Below, one piece after another: positions 24,881 to 36,979 of a DNA stretch of 64,000 nucleotides. The notes beneath the pieces were generated by a model. It saw only the letters and a list, made by a program, of their open reading frames with translations. It ran no database searches and had not been told where the DNA came from. The DNA is from Stegostoma tigrinum (Eukaryota), in NCBI RefSeq assembly GCF_030684315.1, contig NC_081387.1, positions 26,530,647 to 26,594,646 on the forward strand, read 5' to 3'. Each line of letters begins with the position of its first letter. Position 1 is the first letter of the stretch. A program made the translations under genes and the position numbers.

Positions 24881-27800
24881 TAGGAGCAAATTATTGCAGA
24901 TGCTGGAATCTGTACTGAAAACAACACACGCTTGAGATCAGAGTGGATCAGGCAGTATCAATGGAGAGAGTGCAAGCTAATGTTTCAAGTTTAGATGACT
25001 TTTCATTTGAAGCTGAAGTGTGTAGGGGGCAACATTTATGCTATAATGGGGGGGCGGGGTATGTGAGGGTGGTGAAGTGCTGGTGCAGAAGAGGTTTTGA
25101 TAGTTCTGTTTAAGTGATTAGCAGTAAGAATGGCAAAACAATGGTGTGTCTAGCTGCCAGACTTGAAAGAGCAGACAGTCCCACTGGGGTGGGGGGAGGA
25201 GATTCAAGACATGATAACAGAGAATGTAACAAGTAAAGCTAAAAGGAAGGGAAGAAATGTCCTGTCAGTTCTCAGCTTGCTGCAGTGTTCCAGTGAATCA
25301 CAGCACAGACTAGAGGAACAACATCTCATCTTCAGACTCAGCACTTCACAGCCTTCCTGATTTAACATTGAGTTAAACAGCATCAAATTATGAATCAACT
25401 CCCATTTCTTCCAATTCTTTTAGCTTTACTTGTTACATTCTCTGTCACCCTATTCTCTCTCCCCTTCCCCCACGCAGGTGGGACTGTCTGCTCTTTCAAG
25501 TCTGGCAGGTAGACACACCACTATTCTGCCATTCTCACGTTCCAATTTCCTACTATCTCTACAAGAACAATCAACATGCTTTCTCCACTGCCCCCTACAC
25601 TTCATCACATCCACACATCCACCAACTATAGGATACTATTGCCCCCTACAGACATGACTTTAATGACTACCGCCCAATAGCACTGATTTCAAAAATCATG
25701 AAGTGCTTCAAGAGGCTGGTCATGGTCCACATTGACACCAGTCTCCCAACTTGCCTCGATTCCTGACGGCTTGCCTACCAACATTACAGGGCCACAGATG
25801 ATGCCATATAGCTAGACCCGCACTCTTCCCTGGAATATCTGGGCAACAAAGACACCTACAACAGACACCTGCTCGTTTACTACAACTCTGCCTTCAACAC
25901 CATTATCCCCTCCAAACCACTCTGCCCACTGTTGATACTGCTCCACCCCCACAGCCAGCAGCTCTACAGTAAACACCAGCCCCCAGCCCTGCTGGGTCTT
26001 CACCATCCTGCCAGACCTCCCCCTCACTGAGGATGAATGGTCAGTCCTCAGTAAAGGACTTACCTTTTCCCCACCAAAAACCCAAACATTAATGAATACC
26101 GCTCACGCTGGGACATCAGTTTTTCTGCCACCTCCGCGTTTATTTCTTTAATTGTGAGTCTAACCCCCGTCTAATGACCTCTTCTCCCGCCTCCAACACA
26201 CCCCATCCTCCTGAATCTCCACCCCAAGGCCTCCAACCCTCCCTCGAACTCTTCATCTCCAACTGCTGTTGTGACACCAATCACCTCAACCTCTTCACCC
26301 CTCTCAACCACTCCAACCTCTCACCCACAGAATGTGCAGGCCTCTGCTCCCTCCGCTCCAATCCCAACATCACCATAAAACCCACGGAGAAGAGAGGTGC
26401 AGTTGTGGTATGGCGCACTGACCTCGACATCACCGAGGCCAGGTGCCAACTCTCTGACACCTCCTCCTACCACTCCCTTGATCATGACCCTACCCCGACC
26501 ACCAAACATCATCTCCCAGACCATCCACAACCTCATCACCTCAGGTGACCTCCTACTCACAGCCTCCAATCTCATCATTCCCCAACCCTGCACTGCCCGT
26601 TTCTATCTCCTTCCCAAAATCCATAAACCTGGCTGCCCTGGTTTACCATTGTCTCTGACTGCTCCTGCCCCACAGAACCTATCTCCACTTATCTTGACTC
26701 CATTTTCCCTCCCCAGTCCAGGAACTCCCCACCTACGTCCACGACACCATTCATGCCCTCCACCTCCTCTAAAATTTCCAATTCCACTTTACTAACACCT
26801 TCCACCCCAACCTTAGGGTCACCTGGACCATCTCTGATACCTTTCTCTCCTTCCTGGACCTCTCTGTCTCCATGTCTGGTAACCACCTGGAAACTGATTT
26901 CAGAAGAAGGGTCCAGACCCGAAATGTCAGCTTTCCTGCTCCTTTGGTGCTGCCTGGCCTGTTGCATTCATCCAGCTCCACACCTTGTTATCTCAGACTC
27001 CAGCATTGGCAGTTCTGACCATCTCAAAACTGTGTGACCTTGGTCTCCACTCTGCCCTCTGCACTGGATCCTCAACTTCCTGACCCATAGGCTGTATAGG
27101 TAACTGCACTTCCTCTACAATAACACTCAATGCTGTAGCCTCCCCAAGGATGTGTCCTCAGCCCCCTATTGTACTTGTACACCTATGACTGTGTTGCCAA
27201 ATTCTAAACAGAGGCATCTGCAAGTTTGCTGATGACACCACCATTCTGGGTGGATATCTAACAACGTCGAGTCAAAATACAGTAGGACGATAGAGAGCTT
27301 GGTGACGTGGTGCAACAGAAAACAATTTATCTCTCAACATCAGCAACACTAAAGAACTGATCATCGGCTTCAAAATGAAAGGAGAACACGCCCCCATCTA
27401 AATAACAGAACTGAGGTAGAGAGAGTGAACAGCATCAAGTTCCTTGGAGCAACAATAACTCACAACCTGTCCAGGAATTCCCATGTAAATGTGACAGTCA
27501 AGAAGGCCCTTTTTCCTCAGACAGCTCAGGAAATGTCCATACCGTCCCTCATCAACTTCTACAGATGCGCAATTGAAAGCATACTGTCCAGGTGCATAAT
27601 GGCCTGGTATGACAATTGCTCTGCTCAAGACCATAAGAAACTACAGAAAATGGTGTGCACAACTCAGATCATCACAGAAGGAAGCCAACCTTCCATCTAT
27701 GGACTCTACTTACATGGCTCGTTGCCACGGAAAGGTGGCCAACATCATCAAAGACCCATCACACCCTGGTAAGAACCTCCCACAACCTCTACCATCAGGC

Positions 27801-28102
27801 AGCCTGAAAGCATGACAAGCAGGCTCAGGAACAATGTCTTTTGGGTTGTTATCAGGCTGTAGAATGGACTCTAGTCTCAAACAATATAACTTGCAATGTA
27901 ACCTGTATGCCTCTGTCTTTTCAATCTGTACACCCTTTGCTTGCTGTGATCAGTCTGTACCACTCATAAACCGCTTTTCACTGTATTTTGGTACACATGA
28001 CAATAAAATCAAAATCAAACCAAATCTAGATTTGAATCATTAGCTTGCTCTCTCTCCATGGATGCTGTCTCACCTGCTGTGATCTCCAGCATTTGTTGTC
28101 TT
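24881..28102. mobile_element. Three-level nest: fold-back Penelope containing a Rex1/Babar-like LINE (~25660-28025), itself containing a Penelope fragment (~25925-27020)
   Basis: Outer TSD caagtaaaaacctttg (24865-24880) / caagtagaaacctttg (28103-28118); Rex-like FYRCAIESILSRCIMAWYDNCSAQD; PLE NITIKPTEKRGAVVVW and FYLLPKIHKPG. Confidence 0.7.
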
Positions 28103-28394
28103 CAAGTAGAAACCTTTGCTTGCAACTGATTGAGGCAATTCCATGGAGATTATAAAACGGACATTCACCCTCATCCCAAGACAAGTTTCTGACCATCTTA
28201 CCTACACTATCATGAACAAGGAGAATTTCATTCTCCCGTACTGACCTAACTTCTTAAATTAACACCTATACTATCTCCAGCCTTCACTATTCCAACATAT
28301 ATCCTCACTGCCTACTGAAGTGACCTACTCAGACACTCAGATCCAGACCAAATAGGGGGTTGACGATAATGATTGACTTTGTGGCTGATGCCCA

Positions 28395-29790
28395 CATAGA
28401 ATCACACAGAGATGTACAATATTGAAACAGACCCTTCAGTCCAACTCATCCATGGTGACCAGATATCCTGGATAAATCAAGTCCCATTTGCTAGCATTTG
28501 GTTCATATCGATCTAAACCTTTCCCCCCTATTCATACACACATCCAGATGTCTTCTAAATATTGTAATTGTACCAGCCTCCACCAATTCCTCTGGCACCT
28601 CATTCAATACACGCACCGCTCTCTGCATGAAAAGGTTGCCCGTTAGGCGCCATTTAAATCTTTCCCCTCTCACCTTAAACCCAAGCCCTCTAGTTTTTGA
28701 TCACCCACCCCAGGAAAAAGACCTTGCCTATTTATCCTATCCATGCCCTTCATGATTTTATAAATCTCTATAAGGTAGCCCCTTAGCCTTCAATGCTCCA
28801 GGGAGAATAGCCTTTTCAGCCTCTCACTATAGCCTCCTCCGTCAGCTAATGAATCTGTGCTCCTCCATGTCGAACAATACTTGAAGGAAACATTGCGGAT
28901 GGCAGAGTACAGATAGTACTTTGAGTGGGGATTTCAGGGTCCACCACCCAGAGTGTCTTGGCAGCAGCACTGCTTATCTTGTTGGTTGACTTCTAAAGGT
29001 CACTGCAAATAGACACTAAAAAATGCAGTGAGGGAACCAATGAGGTGGAAAAACATACTTAACCTCATTGTCACCAATTTGCCTACCGAATGATAGGCCT
29101 AGTGGAAACAAAGACGATTCCACAACCAATGGGTCAGGTGAAAGATACATCAGTAGGAAATGTCAGGCTAAAGCAATCGCAACAACCTTTAACAGAAGTG
29201 TTGAGTAGAAAATCCATCTCGGCCTCCTCAAAGGTCCTCAACTTTACACATGCCAGTCTTTAGCCCAATCAATTCACTCCACATAGTATCAAGAAATGGT
29301 TAGTGGTACTGGCATGTACCAAAGTTATGGGCCCTGATAGTAATACAGCAATAGTTGTGAAGATTTGTTCGCCAGAAGCTGCCACTTCCCTAGCCAAGCT
29401 GTTCCAGTACAGTTACAACACTGGCATCCACCCAACAATGTGGAAAATTACCCAGGTATGTCCTGTGCACATAAAAGAGCTCAAATCCAACCTGGGCAAT
29501 GATTAATCATCAGTCTTATCTCTAACATCACTAAACTCGTGGAAGGAGTCACCAATAGCGCTATCAAGCACTGCTTGCAATAACCTGCTCATTGATATTT
29601 TGTTTGAGTTCCGCAAGGACCGCTCAGTTCCTGATCTCTTAAAGCCATGGTTCAAACATGAAGAAAGAGTAACAGCCCATGACATAAATGCTGCATTAGA
29701 CCACATGTGGCATCAAGGAGCCCAACGGAATCAGAAGCAGGAAACTCCACTGGTTGGAGTCATACAGGGCACATAAAGTGATGACTTTGT
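28395..29790. mobile_element. CR1 3' end (-) followed by an L2/CR1-clade LINE fragment (+)
   Basis: CR1 tail on -; LAKLFQYSYNTGIHPTMWKITQVCPVH on +. Confidence 0.6.
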
Positions 29791-29822
29791 CACATCCCAT
29801 GACTAAACTTGACAAAATGGCT

Positions 29823-30035
29823 CAGAGCTAATAGGAACTGCGGATGCTGAAGAATCCATAATAACAAAATGTGAAGCTGGATGAACACAGCCGGCCAAGC
29901 AGCATCTCAGGAGCAGAAAAGCTGGTGTTTTGGGCCTAGACCCTCTGATGAAGGGTCTAGGCCCGAAACGTCAGCTTTTGTGCTCCTGAGATGCTGCTTG
30001 GCCTGCTGTGTTCATCCAGCTTCACACTTTGTTAT
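29823..30035. mobile_element. Mini fold-back Penelope pLTR insertion with 15-bp TSD
   Basis: cttgacaaaatggct at 29808-29822 and 30036-30050; long inverted arms. Confidence 0.85.
29943..29974 (+). ncRNA. Minimal hammerhead ribozyme motif with intact core
   Basis: ct-CTGATGA-A-GGGT(ctag)GCCC-GAAA-C-GTC-ag; ACGT palindrome in place of stem III; stem I only about 2 bp. Confidence 0.6.
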
Positions 30036-31045
30036 CTTGACAAAATGGCTGTCTGGGGCGTTTGGCAGCTATAAAAAGACTTTTACAGCCAGAATTGTGG
30101 TCTCCATACAGAATTACTAGATAAGATAATGAAAGGTCCTGTGGGGGTCATATGAGGGTCGTAGTGGAAAGAAATATTAGGGAATTTACTTGGGTTTCTG
30201 TAAACAGACTGTTCTAAGTACATAAGCATTTTAATAAGGGGCATTGTTGAAAGGCCTAATTAAGCTAAGGGGGCCAAGTTAATTATTTTGTAAAAAGTAG
30301 AAAAAAAAGTCTGCTCCTACAGTATTTTTTAGGTTATTCTAAGTTAGAAATGCAACCAAAATATCAGTGTGAAAGGGTAAGTTGAATTCCTTGAGCAAAT
30401 GTTTGTAGACAGTAGAAGAAGCTCATGGCATCATTAGGTAAGATAAAGCAATAAATGATGTGAATACAACCTCTGGAAGTTCACCAGCAGAAGAAGATTG
30501 CAAAAGAACTTTATAACAAGGGAGTTCAGGACATGGGACAGCTAAACAATTGGAGCTTAAATGAAGATGTGGACAATTCGAACAAAGTCTTGCATCCAAA
30601 GTTCAAGGGAAGATTGTTAGAAGTACTGAAAGATATCCCAAAGACAGATGATGGCGATATCAGGTAGACATCATGATATTAGGGAGGACATAGGGCTGTC
30701 CATAGAGTTGTTCATCATCGATGGTGTGTTTGCTGGATCGGATGTATAGATAAGGAGGATATGGATATCAATAACATCAATGTTGCATATAATTATTATT
30801 ATTATTATGGAAAAAGTATAAAAAATGTTGTATTCAGCTGGGGTAAGTTACAGCATCATTGACCACTCCTCAGTTCTGAGTTGCATTTAAGAAGGCAACT
30901 GGGCCCCACGTGAAAGCCAGATTCGGAGCAGTCTCTTGGCCTCTCCCAAATGTGGTTAAAGAGCTTTGAATGAAGGTCATTTGTACTGTTGAACACAGAA
31001 CTCAAGGCTCCTCTTTGATATTTCTCTCTACAACAATGGTAATGA

Positions 31046-31980
31046 TTGTCACAGCTCCAGGACATCTCTCTAGGGGTTCCTCAGGGTAGTGTACTAGGCT
31101 CAAACATCTTCAGCTGCCTCAATGACCTTCCATCCATCATAAAGTCAGAAGTGGGAATATTCACTGACAATTGCACAATGTTCAATGCCAGCCATGATTC
31201 CTCAGGCACTGAAGCAGTCTGTGTCTAATGAAGTAAGACATTGACAATATCCAGGCTTGGGCAGTCAACTGGCAAGTAACATTCATGCCACACAAATGTA
31301 AGGCAATGACAACCTCCAATAAGAGACCTTCTCACTAACTCTCCATGACATTCAATGGCATTGCAATCAAGGAATTTACCACTACCAACATTTTTGGGGT
31401 TACCACTGACCACAAAATGACCTGGACTAGCCATATAAACACAGTGGCTACAAGATAAGGTCAAAGGCTTGGAATCTTACAGCAGGTAACTCACCTTCAC
31501 TAAAACCTGTCAAACATCCACAAGGCACAGGTCAGAAATGTGATTGACTACTCTCCATTTGCCTGGATGAGTGCTGCTCCAAACATTCACAAAATTTGAC
31601 AACATGCATGAAAAAGCAGTCCATCCCTCCACCAGCGATGTTGTGTATCAGTGATGTGTACCATTTACAAGATGTACTGAAGAAATTCATTGAAGTGCCA
31701 TGGATAGCTCCTCGCAATATGAAAACTACTTCCATCTAGAAGCACAAGGGCAGCCAATGCATGGGAACACTACCACCTGCAAGTACCCCCGCAAGACATT
31801 CATCATTAGGACTTGAAAATACATCACCAATCCTTCAGTGTAACTGGGTCAAAATCCTGGGACATTTCCCTGTCTTGCAACGTGCAGATCTACCCACTGT
31901 ACCTTCTCAGGGAGAACTAGGAATGGGAAATAAATACTGGCCCAGCCAGCGACACCCACATCCCAGGAATACATTTAAAA
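31046..31980 (+). mobile_element. L2/CR1-clade LINE 3' fragment (paralog at ~42650-43605)
   Basis: GVPQGSVLG...IFTDNC RT motifs. Confidence 0.7.
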
Positions 31981-32819
31981 GAATAAATGGAACTGGAACG
32001 AGACAGCGAGGATGCCACAAAAAGGACTGTATGAATAGGCAGATACAAACTGCGCTCTAGATTAGATCTTTGTTAACAAACATAATTTGAAAAGTCATGG
32101 GGTTTAGGTGGAATTTGGAGGTGAGGCCATTGAAGTTTTAAAGCAGTTCCTACTCACTCTGAGTGAGTGATAACCCAACTGCAAAGATTCTTCTAAGGAT
32201 GCCTACCTTGAAGAAGTTACCCTCCTCCCTCCAGAAAGACCTCAATGGTTCTCTCTCCCACTGCAACCCTCTGGTAATCTCTTTGTAACTTCTCTCACAC
32301 CTGCTCCACTTTCTGCCTTCTGTCAACACACCACCACCACCCTCTATTTATTTGAGCACTCTTTCTCCTTCCCCATTTCTGAAGAAGCATCCTGAACTGA
32401 AATAACAAGGTGTAGAGCTTTCCTGCTCCTCTGATGCTGCCTGGCCTGTTGTGTTCATCCAGCTCCACACCTTGCCATGTCTTATGGAGAGGTTCTTGAT
32501 AGGCATGGGATTCAAGGGATATCAGGGATTAACATCTGATCAAAGAGAAAATTAAACAGGTTTAACCCGAAACTCAATACAATAATGTGCTGACAAGACG
32601 TTTCTCAAACAGTGTGTTTCATTCCCCTACCTCCCAAGTTTTCCGTGCAGCACTGTCCCATTCCTGGACACTCCCTGACAATCCTGGACATTTGGTGAAC
32701 CCCCTCCTCACAGCTCACACCGGCCCGCCCCCCGCCGTCACTCCGGGATCCAGACCCTGCCCCCAGTACATCCCACTCCCATCCTTTTCCCCGGTAGAGG
32801 GGGGGGGCTGGATCATGGG

Positions 32820-33050
32820 GAGATCCCGCTGGAAACTGCCGCCCCTTTCCAGAACCTTCTTCCACCGACTCGCTCCTTCCAGAACACTCTCGGGCTCTCG
32901 CCGTCTCGCGGACCCGCCTCGCTCGCATTGGTCGCCGCTGCAGAACCTTCCACAACATTCCGACCACGACCTCACCGACCCGCTCCCTCATTGGTCCGCG
33001 CCGCCGTCAATCACCCGCCCGCTGCCGCCCACACACAATGCATAAAGGGC
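32820..33050 (+). promoter_or_regulatory. HSP70 copy 2 promoter
   Basis: Perfect HSE tTTCcaGAAccTTCt 32846-32860, further HSEs at 32877-32890 and 32942-32961, inverted CCAAT at 32927 and 32990, CATAAA 33041-33046. Confidence 0.85.
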
Positions 33051-33180
33051 CAGAGCTCAGCCGGAATCGTCACAATCACAGTCGCCAGGTTCCATTGGAC
33101 GCCACGTGCCAGCTCCATCACTACGACAGGAGACATTCCACGGCAGAGGAGAGGACTCAGTGATACACACTCTCATCAAC

Positions 33181-35112
33181 ATGTCCCCTGCAGCTCAAGG
33201 AACAGCCATTGGTATTGACCTGGGTACCACCTACTCCTGTGTCGGGGTCTTCCAGCATGGCAAGGTGGAGATCATCGCCAATGACCAGGGCAACCGCACC
33301 ACCCCCAGCTACGTGGCCTTCAATGACACTGAGAGGCTCATCGGAGATGCTGCCAAGAACCAGGTAGCCCTGAACCCACAGAATACCATCTTTGATGCCA
33401 AGAGGCTCATCGGAAGGAGGTTTGATGACCCAGTCATGCAGTCTGATATGAAGCACTGGCCCTTCCGGGTGGTGAATGAAGGAGGGAAGCCCAAGGTCAG
33501 GGTCGAGTACAAGGGTGACAATAAAGCCTTTTACCCTGAGGAAATCTCGTCCATGGTGCTGACCAAAATGAAGGAGACAGCAGAGGCTTACCTGGGAAAC
33601 ACTGTCAGTAATGCTGTTATCACGGTGCCTGCTTACTTCAATGACTCGCAGCGCCAGGCAACCAAAGACGCCGGGGTGATCGCTGGCCTCAATGTCCTCC
33701 GTGTTATCAATGAGCCAACAGCAGCTGCCATTGCCTATGGCCTGGACAAGAAGGGCAGAGGAGAACACAATGTTCTCATCTTTGACTTGGGGGGTGGCAC
33801 CTTCGATGTGTCTATCCTCTCCATTGACGACGGTATTTTTGAAGTGAAATCGACCGCAGGCAACACCCACTTGGGAGGAGAGGACTTTGATAACCGCATG
33901 GTCAATCACTTCATTGAGGAGTTCAAGCGTAAATACAAGAAGGACATCAGTCAGAACAAGAGGGCGGTGAGGAGGCTGAGGACAGCCTGTGAAAGAGCCA
34001 AGAGAACCCTGTCTTCCAGCACACAAGCCAACATTGAGATTGACTGCCTGTTTGAAGGCATTGACTTCTACACCTCCATCACCAGGGCTCGGTTTGAGGA
34101 GCTGAATGCTGACCTTTTCAGGGGCACTCTGGAACCAGTGGAGAAAGCTCTGAGAGATGCCAAGTTGGACAAGTCACAGATCCATGACATTGTCTTGGTT
34201 GGAGGCTCCACCCGCATTCCCAAGATCCAGAAACTGCTGCAAGATTTCTTCAGTGGCAAGGAGCTGAACAAGAGCATCAATCCTGATGAGGCTGTGGCCT
34301 ATGGGGCAGCTGTTCAAGCAGCTATTCTGATGGGGGACAAGTCCGAGAATGTTCAGGACCTACTTCTCCTGGATGTTGCTGCCCTGTCATTGGGTCTCGA
34401 GACAGCAGGAGGTGTCATGACTGCACTCATCAAGCGCAATACCACTATTCCCACCAAGCAGACCCAGATCTTCAGCACCTACTCTGATAACCAGCCTGGT
34501 GTGCTTATTCAGGTGTATGAAGGAGAGCGAGCCATGACCAAAGACAACAATCTCCTGGGGAAATTTGATTTGAGTGGCATCGCTCCTGCCCCTCGTGGTG
34601 TGCCACAGATCGAGGTCACCTTTGATATCGATGCCAATGGCATCTTGAATGTCTCCGCCATTAATAAGAGCACTGGCAAATCGAACAAGATCACTATCAG
34701 CAATGACAAGGGCAGGCTGAGTAAGGAGGAGATTGAGAAGATGGTGCAGGATGCAGAAAAGTACAAGACTGAGGACGAAGCCCAGCGGCAGAGGATTGCA
34801 GCCAAGAACTCTCTGGAGTCCTACGCCTTCAACATGAAGAGCACAGTTGAGGATGAGAATGTGAGAAATATGATTAGCGACGGAGATAGGAAGAAAATTC
34901 TTGAGCAATGCAACCAGGCAATCCTTTGGCTGGAGAACAATCAGACGGCAGACAGGGAGGAGTTTGAGTACCAGCTGAAGGAACTGGAGAAACTCTGCCA
35001 TCCTATTATTGCCAGCTTTTACCAATCAGGAGCAGCAGCAGCGGGGGGTTCTTGCAGAGCCCAGGCTGGCAGTGCCGCTTCCACAGGACCGACTGTGGAG
35101 GTGGTGGATTAA
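33181..35112 (+). CDS. hsp70: Heat shock 70 kDa protein (copy 2; 643 aa; ends EVVD)
   Basis: Intact ORF with all HSP70 signatures; AATAAA at 35408-35413. Confidence 0.95.
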   Translation: MSPAAQGTAIGIDLGTTYSCVGVFQHGKVEIIANDQGNRTTPSYVAFNDTERLIGDAAKNQVALNPQNTIFDAKRLIGRRFDDPVMQSDMKHWPFRVVNEGGKPKVRVEYKGDNKAFYPEEISSMVLTKMKETAEAYLGNTVSNAVITVPAYFNDSQRQATKDAGVIAGLNVLRVINEPTAAAIAYGLDKKGRGEHNVLIFDLGGGTFDVSILSIDDGIFEVKSTAGNTHLGGEDFDNRMVNHFIEEFKRKYKKDISQNKRAVRRLRTACERAKRTLSSSTQANIEIDCLFEGIDFYTSITRARFEELNADLFRGTLEPVEKALRDAKLDKSQIHDIVLVGGSTRIPKIQKLLQDFFSGKELNKSINPDEAVAYGAAVQAAILMGDKSENVQDLLLLDVAALSLGLETAGGVMTALIKRNTTIPTKQTQIFSTYSDNQPGVLIQVYEGERAMTKDNNLLGKFDLSGIAPAPRGVPQIEVTFDIDANGILNVSAINKSTGKSNKITISNDKGRLSKEEIEKMVQDAEKYKTEDEAQRQRIAAKNSLESYAFNMKSTVEDENVRNMISDGDRKKILEQCNQAILWLENNQTADREEFEYQLKELEKLCHPIIASFYQSGAAAAGGSCRAQAGSAASTGPTVEVVD

Positions 35113-35564
35113 AACACTGAAAACTCTGTCCCTCTGAAATCCAGAACACAACGTTAGACTTCTTTTGTTTTTGTTTTCTCCACTCCCTGTCATTGCAAGT
35201 TTGCTGCAAAAGTTACTACCAGGTGTAACAGTTAAGATGTTTGTGATCTGGGAGCCTGTTGACATTGGTAATTTAATTTTCTGAATTCTGGGGAAGAAGA
35301 TGAATGTGTTTGCCATCTTGTTGTGTTGGCTTGATTCGGAGAAGTTCTTAATGTACAGAAGTATTTATTTTTGTTTACAAATACTGTTTATTTTTGAAAG
35401 AAAATCTAATAAAAATGTTCACTTAATGATTTCTGTCAGTTGTCTGTGCTGTGTAACTTCAAGTAAGTGCTATGAATGTTTTTTTTGTTTTCCCCACTGA
35501 GGTATTTTTGACCTATTTTCACACCAGCACTGTGACTTATTTTAACACCCAATTAACCAATATC

Positions 35565-36085
35565 AAACAGTAAAGCACAGGAACAGGCCCTTCATCCCAC
35601 GGTATTGTGCTGAATATGACCTGAAATTCAACTAAGCCCTTCTGCCTGCCCTCTCCATTCCACGTTTATTCATGTACATATCCAAAGCGCCTTAAAATCT
35701 TTATGCTACCTCCCTGCAGCACTACACCAGCCTTACATTCCACAAACTTTTTTTCCCCAAAGAACTCTCCCTCACATTTCTTTTGAACCTTCCCCTCTTA
35801 CTGTGAATGCAAGCCCTCCACTGTTAGACATATCAACTCTTGGCAGGGAGAGATGCTACCTGTCAACCTTATCTCTCAAACTCTTATCAGGTTTCCCGTT
35901 GACCTCTGCTGCTCCAGAGAGAACAATCCTTGTCTAATCCAGCCTCTCCTAAGAACTCGTACTCTGTAATCCAGACAGCATCCTGGTGAACACTCTTTGC
36001 ACTCTTCCCTAAAGCCTCCACATCCTTCCTGTCGTGCGGCAACCAGAATTGATTGGAACGCTCCAAGTGCGGCCTAACCAACACA
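35565..36085 (-). mobile_element. CR1 LINE 3' end
   Basis: LVRPHLERSNQFWLPHDRKDVEAL and a CR1 tail. Confidence 0.7.
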
Positions 36086-36979
36086 AGGGAAATGTTTACA
36101 TTTCCTTCATCTCAAAATCTTGTCATTGGCAAAGACCATTTTAGAATTGCTCACTCGTGATAAAGTACTGTTTCTTGTTGATGTTTTATTTTCAATTTAA
36201 ACTGAGCTTCATGCTCAATACTGTTTACTGCAAAACGACAAGATTGTTGTCCAAAATAAGAAAGAATGAACATTTCAGTGATTAATAAACTGCGTCTTTA
36301 CAAAGTGCACAGAATGTCCATGTGCCGGCTGGCTGGCTGCAACAAAGACATTGTCGGGTGAATAAGTGGAGGCTGGTAATAAGGAGTTAGTGCTGGCAGA
36401 ATCATAACGTCAGTTCAGAGGCCAAGTCAATGTTTTGGGGCATAGGTTTGAATCCATCCACCGTAGTTTGAGCAATTTATTTCAGTTTCAAAACAAAATT
36501 GAAGAAAGCTGTGGCCAAATGGCAATAAAGTCATCATTTTCAACTGTTGTTTCAAAAAATCTGGCTCCTGATTGTCCTTTATGGAAGGAAGCTGCTCTCC
36601 GTACCTGGTAGGCTGACGTGTAAATCCAGTACCAGAGCAATGTGGATGATTCATAACTGACCTCTTGCCAAGTAATGACAGGCAATGAACGCTGACCCAG
36701 CCGGCAATGCCCACACCCTGCGAACGAACAAATTATAAAAGACATCTTCGTCCAAGTTCCCTGCTGCAGTCAATGCAATTCCACAGGGTGTTGTGGCCTG
36801 CTGTCTGTATCAAAATCTGCACCAGGGTCTGACTACTCACTAACACTATCCTCTTTCATAATTTGAGTTTGGGTCTTTCAAAATGAGTAGAGACAATTTC
36901 AATCAGTGAGGGAATCAAGGGTTACGGACAAAGGGCAGGGAAGTGGATTTGAAGATTTTCAGATCAGCCATGACCTCAA

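Noticed and set aside
32587-33218. 152/128/96-aa ORFs repeated upstream of copies 2 and 3
   Set aside because: GC-rich promoter sequence with no domain; identity between copies is explained by conversion.
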